NCBI GenBank assembly: GCA_963732445.1
Contig: CAVSZJ010000008.1
Span: 337,008 to 401,007, forward strand
Direction of reading: 5' to 3'
Length of the DNA: 64,000 nucleotides
DNA from: Vicinamibacterales bacterium
Lineage (GTDB): Bacteria; Acidobacteriota; Vicinamibacteria; Vicinamibacterales; JAMQPK01
Part shown: in pieces, positions 41,099 through 51,143 of the stretch
Layout of the letters: each line of letters opens with the position of its first letter
How positions within the stretch are numbered: position 1 is the first letter of the stretch
Notes under the pieces: generated by a model
What the model was told of the DNA's origin: nothing
The model's input: the letters and a program-made list of their open reading frames with translations, nothing else
Databases searched by the model: none
Translations under genes and position numbers: made by a program

Positions 41099-42733
41099 GT
41101 GTCGCGGCAAACCATCGGCGCCTGGGACTACATCATCGTCGGCGCCGGCAGCGCCGGCTGCGTGCTGGCCAACAGGCTGTCTGCCAATCCTACGACGAAG
41201 GTGCTGCTGCTCGAAGCCGGTGGACAGGATGACTGGTTCTGGATCGACATCCCGGTCGGCTATCTCTATACGATCGCCAATCCGCGCACAGACTGGTGCT
41301 ACAAGACCCAGCCCGACGAGCACCTCGCGAATCGATCGATCCACTACGCACGCGGCAAGGTCCTCGGCGGCTGTTCCACCATCAACGCGATGATCTACAT
41401 GCGCGGCCAGAAGGAGGATTACGACCACTGGGCGTCCCTCGGCAACGAAGGATGGTCGTGGGACGACGTGCTGCCGCTGTTCAGGAAGGTCGAGGACTAC
41501 CAGCATGGCGCCGATGAGATGCACGGCGTCGGGGGCGAGCTTCGCGTGGAAGACTCCCGGCTCCGATGGGAGATTCTCGAGGCATGGCGCAACGCGGCCG
41601 AAGAATGCGGCATTCCGAAGATTCGCGAATTCAACCGGGGCGACAATTTCGGCAGCGCCTACTTTCAGATGAACCAGAAGCGCGGCGTACGCTGGCACGC
41701 GACAAAAGCCTTTCTCCGGCCGGTGTTGTCGCGTCCGAAGCTTACGGTGATGACGCACGCGCTGGTCGAACGCGTACGGATGGGCGGCGCCGCCGGTGCC
41801 CTGCGGGCAGAGGGGATCGAGTTTTCTCATCCGCGTGAAGGCCGATGCTTCGCTCAGGCGAATTTCGAGACCATTCTGGCAGCCGGCAGCATCGGATCCC
41901 CCCAGCTCCTGCAGCTCTCTGGCGTGGGTCCGGCTGCGCTGCTTGCGGAGCGGGGCATCGCACCTATTCACGACCTCACCGGTGTCGGGGCGAACCTGCA
42001 CGACCATCTTCAGATCCGCTTGCAGTACAAGGTGAAGAACACCTCGACGCTGAACGAGCGGGCGAACAGCATGCTTGGCAAGGCCGCGATGGCGCTGGAG
42101 TACGCCGTGTTCAAAACCGGCCCTCTCACCATGCCGCCCTCCCAGCTCGGCGCATTCGGCAAGAGTGATCCGAACCAGACGACCGCAAACATCGAATGGC
42201 ACGTGCAGCCGCTCTCGCTAGACAAGTTCGGCGATCCGCTCCACGCATTTCCGGCCATCACGCCGAGCGTCTGCAACCTGAGACCGCTGTCTCGCGGGTG
42301 GGTTCGCATCGCATCGCCCGACCCCGCTGCCTATCCGGAAATCAAACTCAACTATCTCAGCGAGCCGGAAGATCGGCGCATCGCCGTCGACGCCATCCGA
42401 TACACGCGGCGCATCATGGCAGCGAGGGCGCTGGCGCGGTTCGAGCCGGAAGAGTTCAGACCTGGTGTGCAGGCGCAGACAGATGACGAGCTGTCAAAGG
42501 CCGCGGGAGAGCTGGGCACGACGATTTTTCATCCAGTTGGAACCTGCAAGATGGGACGCGACGGTTTGGCGGTGGTCGATGACCGCCTCCACGTGCACGG
42601 CGTGGCAGGCCTCAGAGTGATCGACGCGTCGATCATGCCGAGGATCACCTCCGGCAACACGAACGCGCCGGCCTACATGATTGCGGAAAAAGGGAGCGCG
42701 ATGGTGCTTGCTGACCGGAAGCTGCTGTCATGA
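41099..42733 (+). CDS. GMC-family FAD oxidoreductase (choline-dehydrogenase-like)
   Basis: ORF 41021..42733(+), from GTG 41099 (VSRQTIGAWDYIIVGAGSAGCVLANRLS, a GxGxxG motif); the upstream 26 codons are array-encoded. GGCSTINAMIYMRG; C-terminal HPVGTCKMG ... DASIMP. Confidence 0.85.
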   Translation: MSRQTIGAWDYIIVGAGSAGCVLANRLSANPTTKVLLLEAGGQDDWFWIDIPVGYLYTIANPRTDWCYKTQPDEHLANRSIHYARGKVLGGCSTINAMIYMRGQKEDYDHWASLGNEGWSWDDVLPLFRKVEDYQHGADEMHGVGGELRVEDSRLRWEILEAWRNAAEECGIPKIREFNRGDNFGSAYFQMNQKRGVRWHATKAFLRPVLSRPKLTVMTHALVERVRMGGAAGALRAEGIEFSHPREGRCFAQANFETILAAGSIGSPQLLQLSGVGPAALLAERGIAPIHDLTGVGANLHDHLQIRLQYKVKNTSTLNERANSMLGKAAMALEYAVFKTGPLTMPPSQLGAFGKSDPNQTTANIEWHVQPLSLDKFGDPLHAFPAITPSVCNLRPLSRGWVRIASPDPAAYPEIKLNYLSEPEDRRIAVDAIRYTRRIMAARALARFEPEEFRPGVQAQTDDELSKAAGELGTTIFHPVGTCKMGRDGLAVVDDRLHVHGVAGLRVIDASIMPRITSGNTNAPAYMIAEKGSAMVLADRKLLS

Positions 42734-42738
42734 CCGGC

Positions 42739-42834
42739 GTCTCACCGCGACGACGCAAAGGCGCCAAGGCACAAAGCCGTGATGCTACGGAAGGCGAAGG
42801 ATCGGGCGTTTACGACGCCAGTTCCCGCGTGAGA
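42739..42834 (+). repeat. Second dispersed hairpin element (GTCTCACCGCNACGACGCAA family), copy 1, degenerate right arm
   Basis: GTCTCACCGCGACGACGCAAAGGCGCC begins 6 nt after the GMC stop. A partial complementary arm ..GGCGTTTACGACGCC..CGCGTGAGA ends near 42834. Confidence 0.6.
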
Positions 42835-42894
42835 TCCGCGGCCGGAATCTCCCGGCATCCGCTGGCATTCTGTCCCGACCATAACGGCGAGAAA

Positions 42895-43848
42895 TCACCG
42901 CGGACCCTGACTTTCCGCCTTCGCGCGCAGCGAAGCGAGTGCCGAAGAAGCCAGCGGATAATCGGGAACCGCCGTGCTGATCGGCCCAAGCTCTCGCATA
43001 AGGCGGTTCACGATGCCTCGCGCGGGCCGGCCGGTGAAGAGATTGGTGACCGCCGTGTCCCGGGCGGCTTCACTTCTGAGCGCCGCCCTGTGCACGGCGC
43101 TGGTCGTGGCTTCCGGGCACAGCAGGTAGGCCGTTCCAACCTGGACGCCGGCTGCGCCAAGGGCCATCGCCGCCGCGACGCCTCTGGCGTCCGCGATGCC
43201 GCCGGCGGCGATCACCGGGAGAGCGACTGCCTGCACGATTTGCGGGATCAGCGCGAACGTGCCGATCTGCGTGCTCAAGTCGTTCGACAAAAACATGCCG
43301 CGGTGCCCGCCCGCCTCGAAACCCTGCGCGATGATCGCATCGACGCCGTGCGCTTCGAGCCACCGCGCCTCGTCGACGGTGGTGGCTGACGCAGAAGATC
43401 TTCGAGCCACCGGCTCGCACGCGCGCAAGCAATTCCGTTGACGGTAGGCCGAAATGAAAGCTCACGACGGCTGGTTTGAAGGTGGTCCAGCACGTCGGCG
43501 GCGTCGGTGCTGAAGGACGCGCGCGACAGCTGCCGAGGGGACGGCGGTCAGGTCGAGATCAAACTCCCGATAGTACGGCGCCAGTACGGCTTGCCACTCG
43601 GTTACGCGTTCGGCGTTCGGCCTCGGTGGCGTGTGACAGAAGAAGTTGACGTTGTACGGCCTTGGTGTGTGCGCCGCGATGTGCGCCAATTCCTTGCGCA
43701 TGGCGTCGGGACTGAGCATCGCGCAGGGAAGCGAGCCGAGGCCGCCCGCGTTGGAAACAGCAATCGTTAGGCGGCTGTCCTGGACGCCGGCCATGGGTGC
43801 TTGAATGATAGGAAGCTCGATGCCTAGAAACGCTTGTAGTGTCATCAT
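42895..43848 (-). pseudogene. Nitronate monooxygenase (NMO/2-nitropropane dioxygenase family); about 3 frame breaks
   Basis: N-terminus in ORF 43462..43848(-) (LGIELPIIQAPMAGV..SNAGGLGSLP). Middle in ORFs 43275..43493 and 43070..43465 (SFHFGLPSTELLARVRAGGSKI). C-terminus in ORF 42895..43428(-) (DAIIAQGFEAGGHRG .. PVIAAGGIADARG). Confidence 0.75.
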
Positions 43849-44373
43849 CGGATACTAGCGTCGTATCTGCACCAGTCTAGATTGCCAGATCAAGTCGTGA
43901 ATGAAGCAACTTTTTCGCATGTGAATGCCAGAAGTTCTTTGCGTCTTGAACTCCTGAGTAACGCCCGGTTCCTCCCAAATTTTTGGTCAGACTTTTCTGG
44001 GCGGCCGTGCAAGCGGTGTCAGTTTTCGATTGACCCGCGGCTATCCGCGATTAGGCGCCGCCGGCTCTGAGTCTGTTCGACGGCGTGGATTAGAGATTAC
44101 TTGCGCTTTTCACGCGCCAGCATCTGTGGCAGCTCGCGATCCCATCAGCGCCACGTAACGCGAGCTGGCATGCGGCGCCTACGCAGAAGGCGCATGGACC
44201 GGCGCGGTATACTGGCGCTGGCGCATCGGGGCGTCACCCACGTCCGCGGAAAGGACTGCGTCCACCCCGACATCGGTCTTGTCATCGTCAGGATGATCTC
44301 TTTTCCTGCCCGGGAGAGCGGACAACGGGCGCGTATGGCTGTGCGGTAGGCACGGCCGGGAGAGGAGCTCGTC

Positions 44374-46310
44374 ATGACCGTTCACCGGACTCACCCGCCC
44401 ACTCGCGCGATGCGCGAGAACCCCGATATCGATCAACTGAAGCGACAGGCCAGGGAGCTGCTGGAGGCGTATCGCGCGCAGTCACCAGACGCGGTCATCG
44501 AGGTCGCCGCCCACCATCGCACCGCGACGCCGGAGACCTTCGCCCTGCACGACGCGCAGTTCGTGCTGGCGCGCTCGTACGGGTTCGAGAGCTGGCCGAA
44601 GCTGAAGGCGGCCGTCGATGGCGTCACGACGACGCGGTTGCACGAGGCCGTGCAGAAGGGCGACCTCGGCGCGGTCCGTGCGCTGCTCGCGCGAAGGCCG
44701 GAAATCGTCGATCTGCTGCGCGAGGGACCGTCTGGCTTCGAAATACGCGCCATCCACATCGCGGTCATGGCGCGTGACGTCGAGATGACGCGGCTGCTGC
44801 TCGAAGCGGGAGCGGACACGCGCGACGGCATCTGGCCCAACCGCGACGCGACCAGCCCGCGCACGATCGCCGAGGAACGCGGGTACGACGAGATCGTCGC
44901 GCTGATGACCGCGCAGGAAGAGAAGCGCGGCGCGCGCAGCGTCAACGCGCATGGCGACGGCGTGCGTCGTCTCCGCGACGCCATGATGACCGGCGGCGAG
45001 GAGGCGGTGATCGCCGTGTTCGAGTCCGAGCCCGGACTTGCCGGCATGTGCCCACCCGACGGCGTGACGATGCTGCACCGTGCGGCGCAGTACGGCCTCC
45101 TGCGGGTGGCGAAATGGCTGCTCGACCACGGGGCCGACGTGAACAAGCCGTCGCAGCCTGACTTCTGGCGATGGAAAGGACGGACGCCGCTGGAGTTCGC
45201 CGTCTGGGAATGTGCCGCGGATTCGGACCGGTCGGCGAGCGAGGCGATGGCCGCGCTGCTCATCGAACGTGGCGCCGAGCTGACTCCGCTCGCGGCCGCT
45301 GCGCTCGGCCGCTGGGACTATCTCGCGTCATGCCCGCTCGACTCGCTGCAGGGAAAGGCGGTGCTGCAGGCGGCCGTGCGGGGCGATCGTCCTGACGTGC
45401 TGCGTCGATTGCTCGAAACGGGTCTCGACCCGAACGAGCGGATGCAGCTGGGCCAGCTCGAAGAGCAGACGTTCTCGTCGGGCGGCCCGCTGCTCGAGGC
45501 GGTCAACACCGGACGGATCGACATGGCTCGCCTGCTGCTCGCGCACGGCGCCGATCCGAACGCCTCGGTGTTCACCGCGGGCTCGGCCACCGCTGCGGCC
45601 TATAACGGCGGCTCCCCGCGTACGCACGCGCCCGACCAGGCCATGATCGATTTGATGGTGCGAACACGGTGGCTGGATCGACGCCGCCTCCGTCGGCTAC
45701 ATCCGCAACGTGGAACTGGCGCGCCGGATGCTCGAGGGCGAGATCGACCCGCATCTGGAGTCCGGCACGTTCTCGGGTCAGACGGTCGCAGAACAGATCC
45801 TGTGGGGCGGCGCGAGCGGCCGGAGCGCGGAGATCGTGCGCATGGCGCTCGAGCGGATCGACTGGCCGCGGGACGACCCGCGATGGTTCTGGATGCTCTG
45901 GCGTCCGCTGCCCGGGCATCGAGGACCTGAACGAGGCCGAACAGGCGGACAGCCGCGCGACGTTCCGGCTGATTCTCGAGCGCTGCGATCCCAATCTTCG
46001 GGCGCCGGAGTCCGGACAGACGATGCTGCACGAAGTGATCGCGCGAGACCATGGCGTGGGCGTGTCACTGGCGACCATGCTGCTGGATGCGGGTGCGCGC
46101 ACGGACATCCGGGACGAATTCCTGAAGAGCACGCCGCTCGGGTGGGCGTGCCGCTGGGGCCGTGTGGCGCTGGTCGAACTGCTGCTGGCTCGCGGGGCCG
46201 ATCCGATCGAGGCCGAGGCCGAGCCGTGGGCCACACCGCTCGCGTGGGCCGAACGGCGTCAACATGCGGGGATTGCATCGATCCTCCGGCAACACGGAGC
46301 TGACCGATAG
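44374..46310 (+). pseudogene. Ankyrin-repeat protein (~645 aa); two frame breaks
   Basis: ORF 44374..45930(+) (repeated ..LHEAVQKGDLGAVRALL.., ..LHRAAQYGLLRVAKWLLDHGADVN..). It continues in ORF 45710..46303 (VELARRMLEGEIDPH..), then ORF 45669..46310 (..TMLHEVIARDHGVGVSLATMLLDAGA.. TPLGWACRWGRVALVELLLARGADP). Shifts near 45660 and 45915. Confidence 0.7.
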
Positions 46311-46362
46311 CCGCAGTCAGAGTCTGACGGTGTGACGACGTGACGGAGCTAGCAGGGGCGGT

Positions 46363-46430
46363 GTCTCACCGCAACGACGCAACGACGCGAAGAATTCTTG
46401 GGGACGTCTTTGCGGACGCGCTGCGCGAGG
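46363..46430 (+). repeat. GTCTCACCGCNACGACGCAA-family element, copy 2 (partial)
   Basis: GTCTCACCGCAACGACGCAACGACGCGAAGAATTCTTGGGGACGTCTTTGCGGACGCGCTGCG. Shares the 20-nt head and the GAATTCTT centre with copy 3. Confidence 0.6.
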
Positions 46431-46431
46431 A

Positions 46432-47379
46432 TCAATCCGCCAGCACGCGAACGGTGAGCCCCCACGCATCCGTGGCGACGATGCCTGCAGGCTGCTGCCG
46501 AAGTTTGATGCCTTGGCTCGCCAGGCTTTCTGCAGCGGCGCCGACCGCCTCGGTGTCCGGCACGACGAGATCCCAGCGCAGCAGCTTTGCCTCGTCGTCG
46601 GTCGCGACCGGTGAGCCTGCGGCCCAGATGTTGAGGCCGACGTGGTGATGATATCCGGCGGCCGAGACGAACAGCGCACCGGGAAACGTCCACACCATTC
46701 GATCGAACCCGAGGCCGTCAACGTAGAAGCTCGATGCCGCCGCGAGATCACCCACATAGAAATGCACATGGCCGATCATCGTCCCGCCGGGCAGCCCCGC
46801 CCACCGCGTATTCCCGCCGTCGCGCTGAACGGCTTCCACGTCCAGCGGCATGATGCCGGTGACGATCTCGCCGTGCTCGTTGACGATCCACTCCGATCGA
46901 GGGCGATCGCGGTAGACCTCGACGGTCAGCCCGTCGGGATCAACCAGGTAAGTCGCCTCGCTCACGAGGTGATCGGACGAGCCGACGTGCACGCCCAACC
47001 ACCTCGCGTGGGTGATGAACCGGCCGAGATCCGACCGCGAGGGCAGCAAGACGGCGGAGTGATAAAGGCCGAGCCGCGTGCGGTGAGCGACGGCCCGAAC
47101 ACCACGTTTCTCGTGCAGCTCGCAGAGCACCCGATCGTCGGACTGGTTCCCGAGCAGCGCGACCGGGCCGGTTGCTCCGTCGTGGCGACTGACCGTTCGA
47201 TAACCGATCACACCCTCATAGAACTCCAGCGAGCGTTCCAGGTTCGCGACCTGGATTGCGACCGCACCGACACGGGTGCCGGCAGGCAGACGAAAGCCGG
47301 GAGGCGGGGAGCCGATGCGGTCGGCGGAGATTGCCGGATAGGGAACGTCAACGCCGGTACGATTGGTGGTCGAGCTCAT
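46432..47379 (-). CDS. Two-module VOC-family protein (extradiol-dioxygenase-like)
   Basis: ORF 46432..47379(-), 315 aa, uninterrupted. VGAVAIQVANLERSLEFYEGVIGY and IGHVHFYVGDLAAASSFYVDGLGF. Confidence 0.7.
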   Translation of the reverse strand: MSSTTNRTGVDVPYPAISADRIGSPPPGFRLPAGTRVGAVAIQVANLERSLEFYEGVIGYRTVSRHDGATGPVALLGNQSDDRVLCELHEKRGVRAVAHRTRLGLYHSAVLLPSRSDLGRFITHARWLGVHVGSSDHLVSEATYLVDPDGLTVEVYRDRPRSEWIVNEHGEIVTGIMPLDVEAVQRDGGNTRWAGLPGGTMIGHVHFYVGDLAAASSFYVDGLGFDRMVWTFPGALFVSAAGYHHHVGLNIWAAGSPVATDDEAKLLRWDLVVPDTEAVGAAAESLASQGIKLRQQPAGIVATDAWGLTVRVLAD

Positions 47380-47453
47380 GTTCGTTGCCCATCATGGTAG
47401 CTCGACGATGCCGGCGACGTAAGTCATAGTCGCGATATGCTCATGCGTCTCCA

Positions 47454-48264
47454 ATGCTGACGTTGTCCCATCCCAGCCTGCAGATCGTCCGAGGATTCGC
47501 CGGTGCCGTGCTCTTCTCGTTTCCGATGCTGATGACCATGGAAATGTGGTCGCTCGGTGTGTCGATCGCGCCGGCGCGACTGATGCTGTTCATCACCGTG
47601 CATCTCATTCTGCTCGTGGGCATGGCGAGCTACGCCAGGCAGGATCGCGCGATCGTGACGAGAAGAGATACGCTCGATGCGTTCGCAGCCTACGGCGTCG
47701 GAGTGATCGCGACGGCAACGGTGCTGCTTCTCTTCGGCGTCGTCGAAGCAGGGATGTCGGCCGATGCCATCACTCGCACGATTGCGATTCAGGCCGCGCC
47801 GGCGGGGTTCGGCGCGATGGTGGCGCACCTCGAGGTCGACGAGCCGGCAGCGAGGATTGGTCCGGGCCATCCACACGGACTCGCCAGCAGCGCGTTTCTC
47901 ATGGCGGTCGGCGCGCTGTATTTGTGCTCGAGCCTGGCGTCTACCGAGGAAATGATGCTGATCGCCCACAAGATGTCGGTATGGCAGGTTGGCGGCCTGA
48001 TGATGTTTTCGCTCGTGATGATGCAGCTGTTCGATGAGTACGCGATCGAAGAGGATCTGGGCGGCGCGGCCGGTCGATCGGCATGGTCAGCTGTCCATCG
48101 CGATGACATGCATTGGCTACACCATCGCGCTGTCAATCAGTGTGTATATCCTCTGGACGTTCGGCCGAACCGACGGGCTGACGTTCGCACAGCTCGTCAA
48201 GGAAATGATCGTGCTCGGGTTTCCGGCGGCATTGGGCGCCGGCGCGGCGCGACTGCTGTTCTAA
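47454..48264 (+). pseudogene. Integral membrane protein, TIGR02587-like; one frame break
   Basis: ORF 47454..48527(+) is meaningful to ~48060 (..RGFAGAVLFSFPMLMTMEMWSLG.., several TM helices). The C-terminus is in ORF 48034..48264(+) (..LSIAMTCIGYTIALSISVYILWTFGRTDG..IVLGFPAALGAGAARLLF). Confidence 0.5.
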
Positions 48265-48274
48265 GGCATTCGAC

Positions 48275-48674
48275 ATGGCCCAGACGAAAAAGGCGAGCGT
48301 GCACAGCTCCACGCAGACCCGCTGGCTCGCGGCGCTGGGCATGCTGTTCGTGCTGGGATCGTTCACGATGCTGCTGCGCGAATCGTTTGTCGCCGGCCGG
48401 CCGGTCGCGGAGATCAGCATTCGGGTCGACGAGATTCTTCCGTCGTCGCACGGCTTTCTCGTCAGTCTCAAAATCGAAAATTCCGGCAACGCCACGGCAG
48501 CGGCGCTGGGCGTTGAAGGTGTGTTGAAACGGAGGCGGGACGAACGTCGAAACGAGCCTCGTCACGGTCGACTATGTCGCAGCCGGCTCCGAGCGTGATG
48601 CGACGTTGTTTTTCTCGAACGATCCTCGCCAGGGTGAGTTGACCGTTCGCGCGAAGGGATACATCGAGCCATAG
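48275..48674 (+). pseudogene. TIGR02588-like small anchored protein; one frame break
   Basis: ORF 48275..48598(+) (..WLAALGMLFVLGSFTMLL.. SLKIENSGNATAAALGVEGVLK). After ~48522 it continues in another frame: GGGTNVETSLVTVDYVAAGSERDATLFFSNDPRQGELTVRAKGYIEP, stop 48672-48674. Confidence 0.5.
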
Positions 48675-48706
48675 GTTTGAAGATTGGCTGCGGTTCGGAG
48701 GCGCAT

Positions 48707-49138
48707 GTGTCGGTACCCAAGACCCAACCCACAGAAATCAGCGTCGAGAGTCATATCGCTGCCATTGCGAACGAGGAGCAACGGAATGACGCCCAGACTC
48801 TGGTTGCTCTCATGCGACGAGTTACGACGCAAGAACCAAGGATGTGGGGACCAAGCATCGTCGGATTCGGGAGCTACCATTACAAGTACGCCAGTGGTCA
48901 CGAAGGTGACTCCGCTCTCGCTGCGTTTGCCGCGCGGGGGCGCGAGTTGGTTGTTTACATCGAGGCGGGCTTCGAAGGTCGTGACGTCTTGTTGGCCAAG
49001 CTTGGAAAGCACAAGACTGGAAAGGTATGTGTCTACATCAGGCGCCTGGCCAACGTCGATCTGAAGGTCCTGGAGACGTTGGTAGTCCGATCGGTAGAAG
49101 AGACAAAGCGTCGCTATCCGCAAGCACGAGTTGGTTGA
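48707..49138 (+). CDS. DUF1801 (YdhG-like) domain protein
   Basis: ORF 48677..49138(+). Likely start GTG 48707 (VSVPKTQPTEISVESHIAAI..). RNDAQTLVALMRRVTTQEPRMWGPSIVGFGSYHYKYASGHEGD. Visibly more A/T-ending codons than the neighbours. Confidence 0.65.
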   Translation: MSVPKTQPTEISVESHIAAIANEEQRNDAQTLVALMRRVTTQEPRMWGPSIVGFGSYHYKYASGHEGDSALAAFAARGRELVVYIEAGFEGRDVLLAKLGKHKTGKVCVYIRRLANVDLKVLETLVVRSVEETKRRYPQARVG

Positions 49139-49147
49139 TCACGCTCG

Positions 49148-49225
49148 GTGTCTCACCGCTACGACGCAAAGGCGCAAAATTCTTAGAAAGGAATTCGCTG
49201 CGCCTTAGCTTCTCTGCGGTGGAGT
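49148..49225 (+). repeat. GTCTCACCGCNACGACGCAA-family element, copy 3 (complete ~78-bp hairpin)
   Basis: CTCACCGCTACGACGCAAAGGCGCA ..AATTCTTAGAAAGGAATTC.. TGCGCCTTAGCTTCTCTGCGGTGGAG. The arms pair with a central bubble. Lies 10 nt after the DUF1801 stop. Confidence 0.8.
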
Positions 49226-50500
49226 ATGTCATTCGCGAAGAACAGCACCGCGCCTGCCGCAAGCCCCGCTGCGCCGCCGAGCAGTTGCGCGCGCGTGGCG
49301 CCGGCAAGAACAAGCAAGCGAAACGGCAATCGCCAGCAGCGGCACCACCGGACCGAATGGAATCACGAACGTCGCAGGGCTGACAGTCCGTTGAAATCGT
49401 GGTGATCGCAGCCGCAGCGTCGCCGCGCAGGCGCCGGTGTAGGTGATCAGCCGCGCGACCGCGCTCGCGACGGCGAGTATGACGAACGATCCCGACAGCG
49501 CCAGGCCCAGCGCCACAAGCGTCGTGAAGATGACGGCATTCGACGGCGTGCGATAGCGCGGATGAATCTTCGCAAAGAAACGCGGCAGCTCGCCGTTCTC
49601 GGCGAGCGCGAAGAGCATGCGCGAACCGGTCAGCACGGCGCCGAGGTTGTTGCCCGTCATCGACACGACCGATCCCGCGCTGATGATCAGCGCCCCGGCG
49701 GCGCCGATGAACAGCAACGACGCGTCGGCCAGCGGCGTCTTCGACAGGCTGCAGATCTGGAAGCGTTCCCAGCGCCACGACCTGCGCCAGCGTCATGACG
49801 GCCGTGACGGTGAGAATCGTCGCGACGAATGCGAATGGCAGGTGCCTGCGCGGATCGCGTGCTTCGCCTGCCGGCACGCCGATGACGTCGTAACCGCCGA
49901 AGGCGAAAATCAACAGGAGCGCCGCCGTCGAGATCTGCGGCAGCGAGACCGCGCCCGACGGCGACAAGGCGACTGACGTCGACGAACCACAGCGCCGACG
50001 ACGATGAAGAGCGCGAGCGGCAGCGAGCTTGGCGATCGTGAAGAAGTCGATCGCGAACGCGCTGAGACGGATGCCCCGCAGATTGATCCATCCGAGGGCG
50101 AGGGTGATGCTCGCAATCGTGATCGCACGGCCGACGCCCGTCGTGAAGACCGGCCAGTAGAAGCCCAGGGCAAGCGCGATGCCATTCGCGACGCCGGCCT
50201 GGCTGGTGACGCGCGTCACCCACTGCATCCACCCGACCTCGAATCCGACGAATCGTCCGAACGCAGCGCGCGTGTAGAGGTAAGGTCCGCCGGTCCCTTC
50301 GAACCGGCTGCCAACCTCGGCGAAGCACAGCGCGACGAGCAGCGACGCGAGCCCGATGGCAAGAAACGCGATCGGACTCCAGGTCCCAACCTGCGCGGCC
50401 ACCTGGGACGGCAGGAGGAAGATGGCGCTGCCGATCACCTGATTGATGCCGATGGCGGTGAGATCCCACTTCCCGAGCTCACGCCGGAGCGTGGGCGAGT
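49183..50500 (-). pseudogene. APC-superfamily amino-acid permease; at least 4 frame breaks, start unresolved
   Basis: Pieces are in ORFs 49038..50438(-) (GSAIFLLPSQVAAQVGTWSPIAFLAIGLASLLVALCFAE..), 49910..50185, 49687..50469 and 49229..49717(-) (..LFIGAAGALIISAGSVVSMTGNNLGAVLTGSRMLFALAENGELPRFF..). A further frame gives the last TM (LLVLAGATRAQLLGGAAGLAAGAVLFFA), ending at TAA 49183-49185. Confidence 0.7.
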
Positions 50501-50504
50501 CCTC

Positions 50505-51128
50505 TTACTTGTCCCACACCGCCGGCTTGCTCAGGTATTCCCTGGACTGCGCCTCGCTCTTGAGCGGCGTCACTTCGTCCGGGTCAACGCGGATCATCAG
50601 GTAGTTGATGTGATCGTCGATCTTCGTAAACCAGTGGCCGGTGCCGGCTGGAATCACGACAACGTCGCCCGCCTTGATCTCGTGCGCCACTCCGTTGCGA
50701 ATCTCCGATCCGGTGTGTCCCGGGCCGTTGAACTCGACGACGGTGCGAAGTGTCGCCGGGCGGCGCTGCCGGTTGACGATGTCGGGGCCGAGGACGAGCG
50801 TGGCCGATCCTGAAATGATGTGATAGACCTCGCTGACGAGATCGTGTTCCGCAACCGAATTCGGCAGCGGCTTGTCCAGACGAGGGCGATACACCATCGC
50901 GATGCCGACGTGGCCTTTGCCGATGTCGATGTCTCTCATCTGCTGGTCGGTCAGTTTCTCCGCCATCGCTTTCTTCGTGTAGGCAGCGAGCTCGGAAAGC
51001 GGGATGTACGTGCCCGGGCACATGTTGCAGGTCGGCTGCGGGTCGGTCGGATTCACTCTTCCCTGCGCCAGCAGCACGGTTGTGACGCACGCGGCCGCCG
51101 CGAAACCCAATGCGATACGCATGAGCAA
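50505..51128 (-). CDS. Secreted cupin-domain protein
   Basis: ORF 50505..51128(-), 207 aa, uninterrupted. Signal MLMRIALGFAAAACVTTVLLAQG. AEHDLVSEVYHIISGSATLVLG .. GDVVVIPAGTGHWF. Confidence 0.65.
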   Translation of the reverse strand: MLMRIALGFAAAACVTTVLLAQGRVNPTDPQPTCNMCPGTYIPLSELAAYTKKAMAEKLTDQQMRDIDIGKGHVGIAMVYRPRLDKPLPNSVAEHDLVSEVYHIISGSATLVLGPDIVNRQRRPATLRTVVEFNGPGHTGSEIRNGVAHEIKAGDVVVIPAGTGHWFTKIDDHINYLMIRVDPDEVTPLKSEAQSREYLSKPAVWDK

Positions 51129-51143
51129 TCTCCTTTGATGGTC

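Noticed and set aside
42730-43389. ORF 42730..43389(+), 219 aa, as a gene following the GMC oxidoreductase
   Set aside because: It begins in the dispersed hairpin element (its N-terminus MTGVSPRRRKGAK is repeat-encoded). It then runs antisense through the nitronate monooxygenase gene with Arg/Gly-rich low-complexity sequence.
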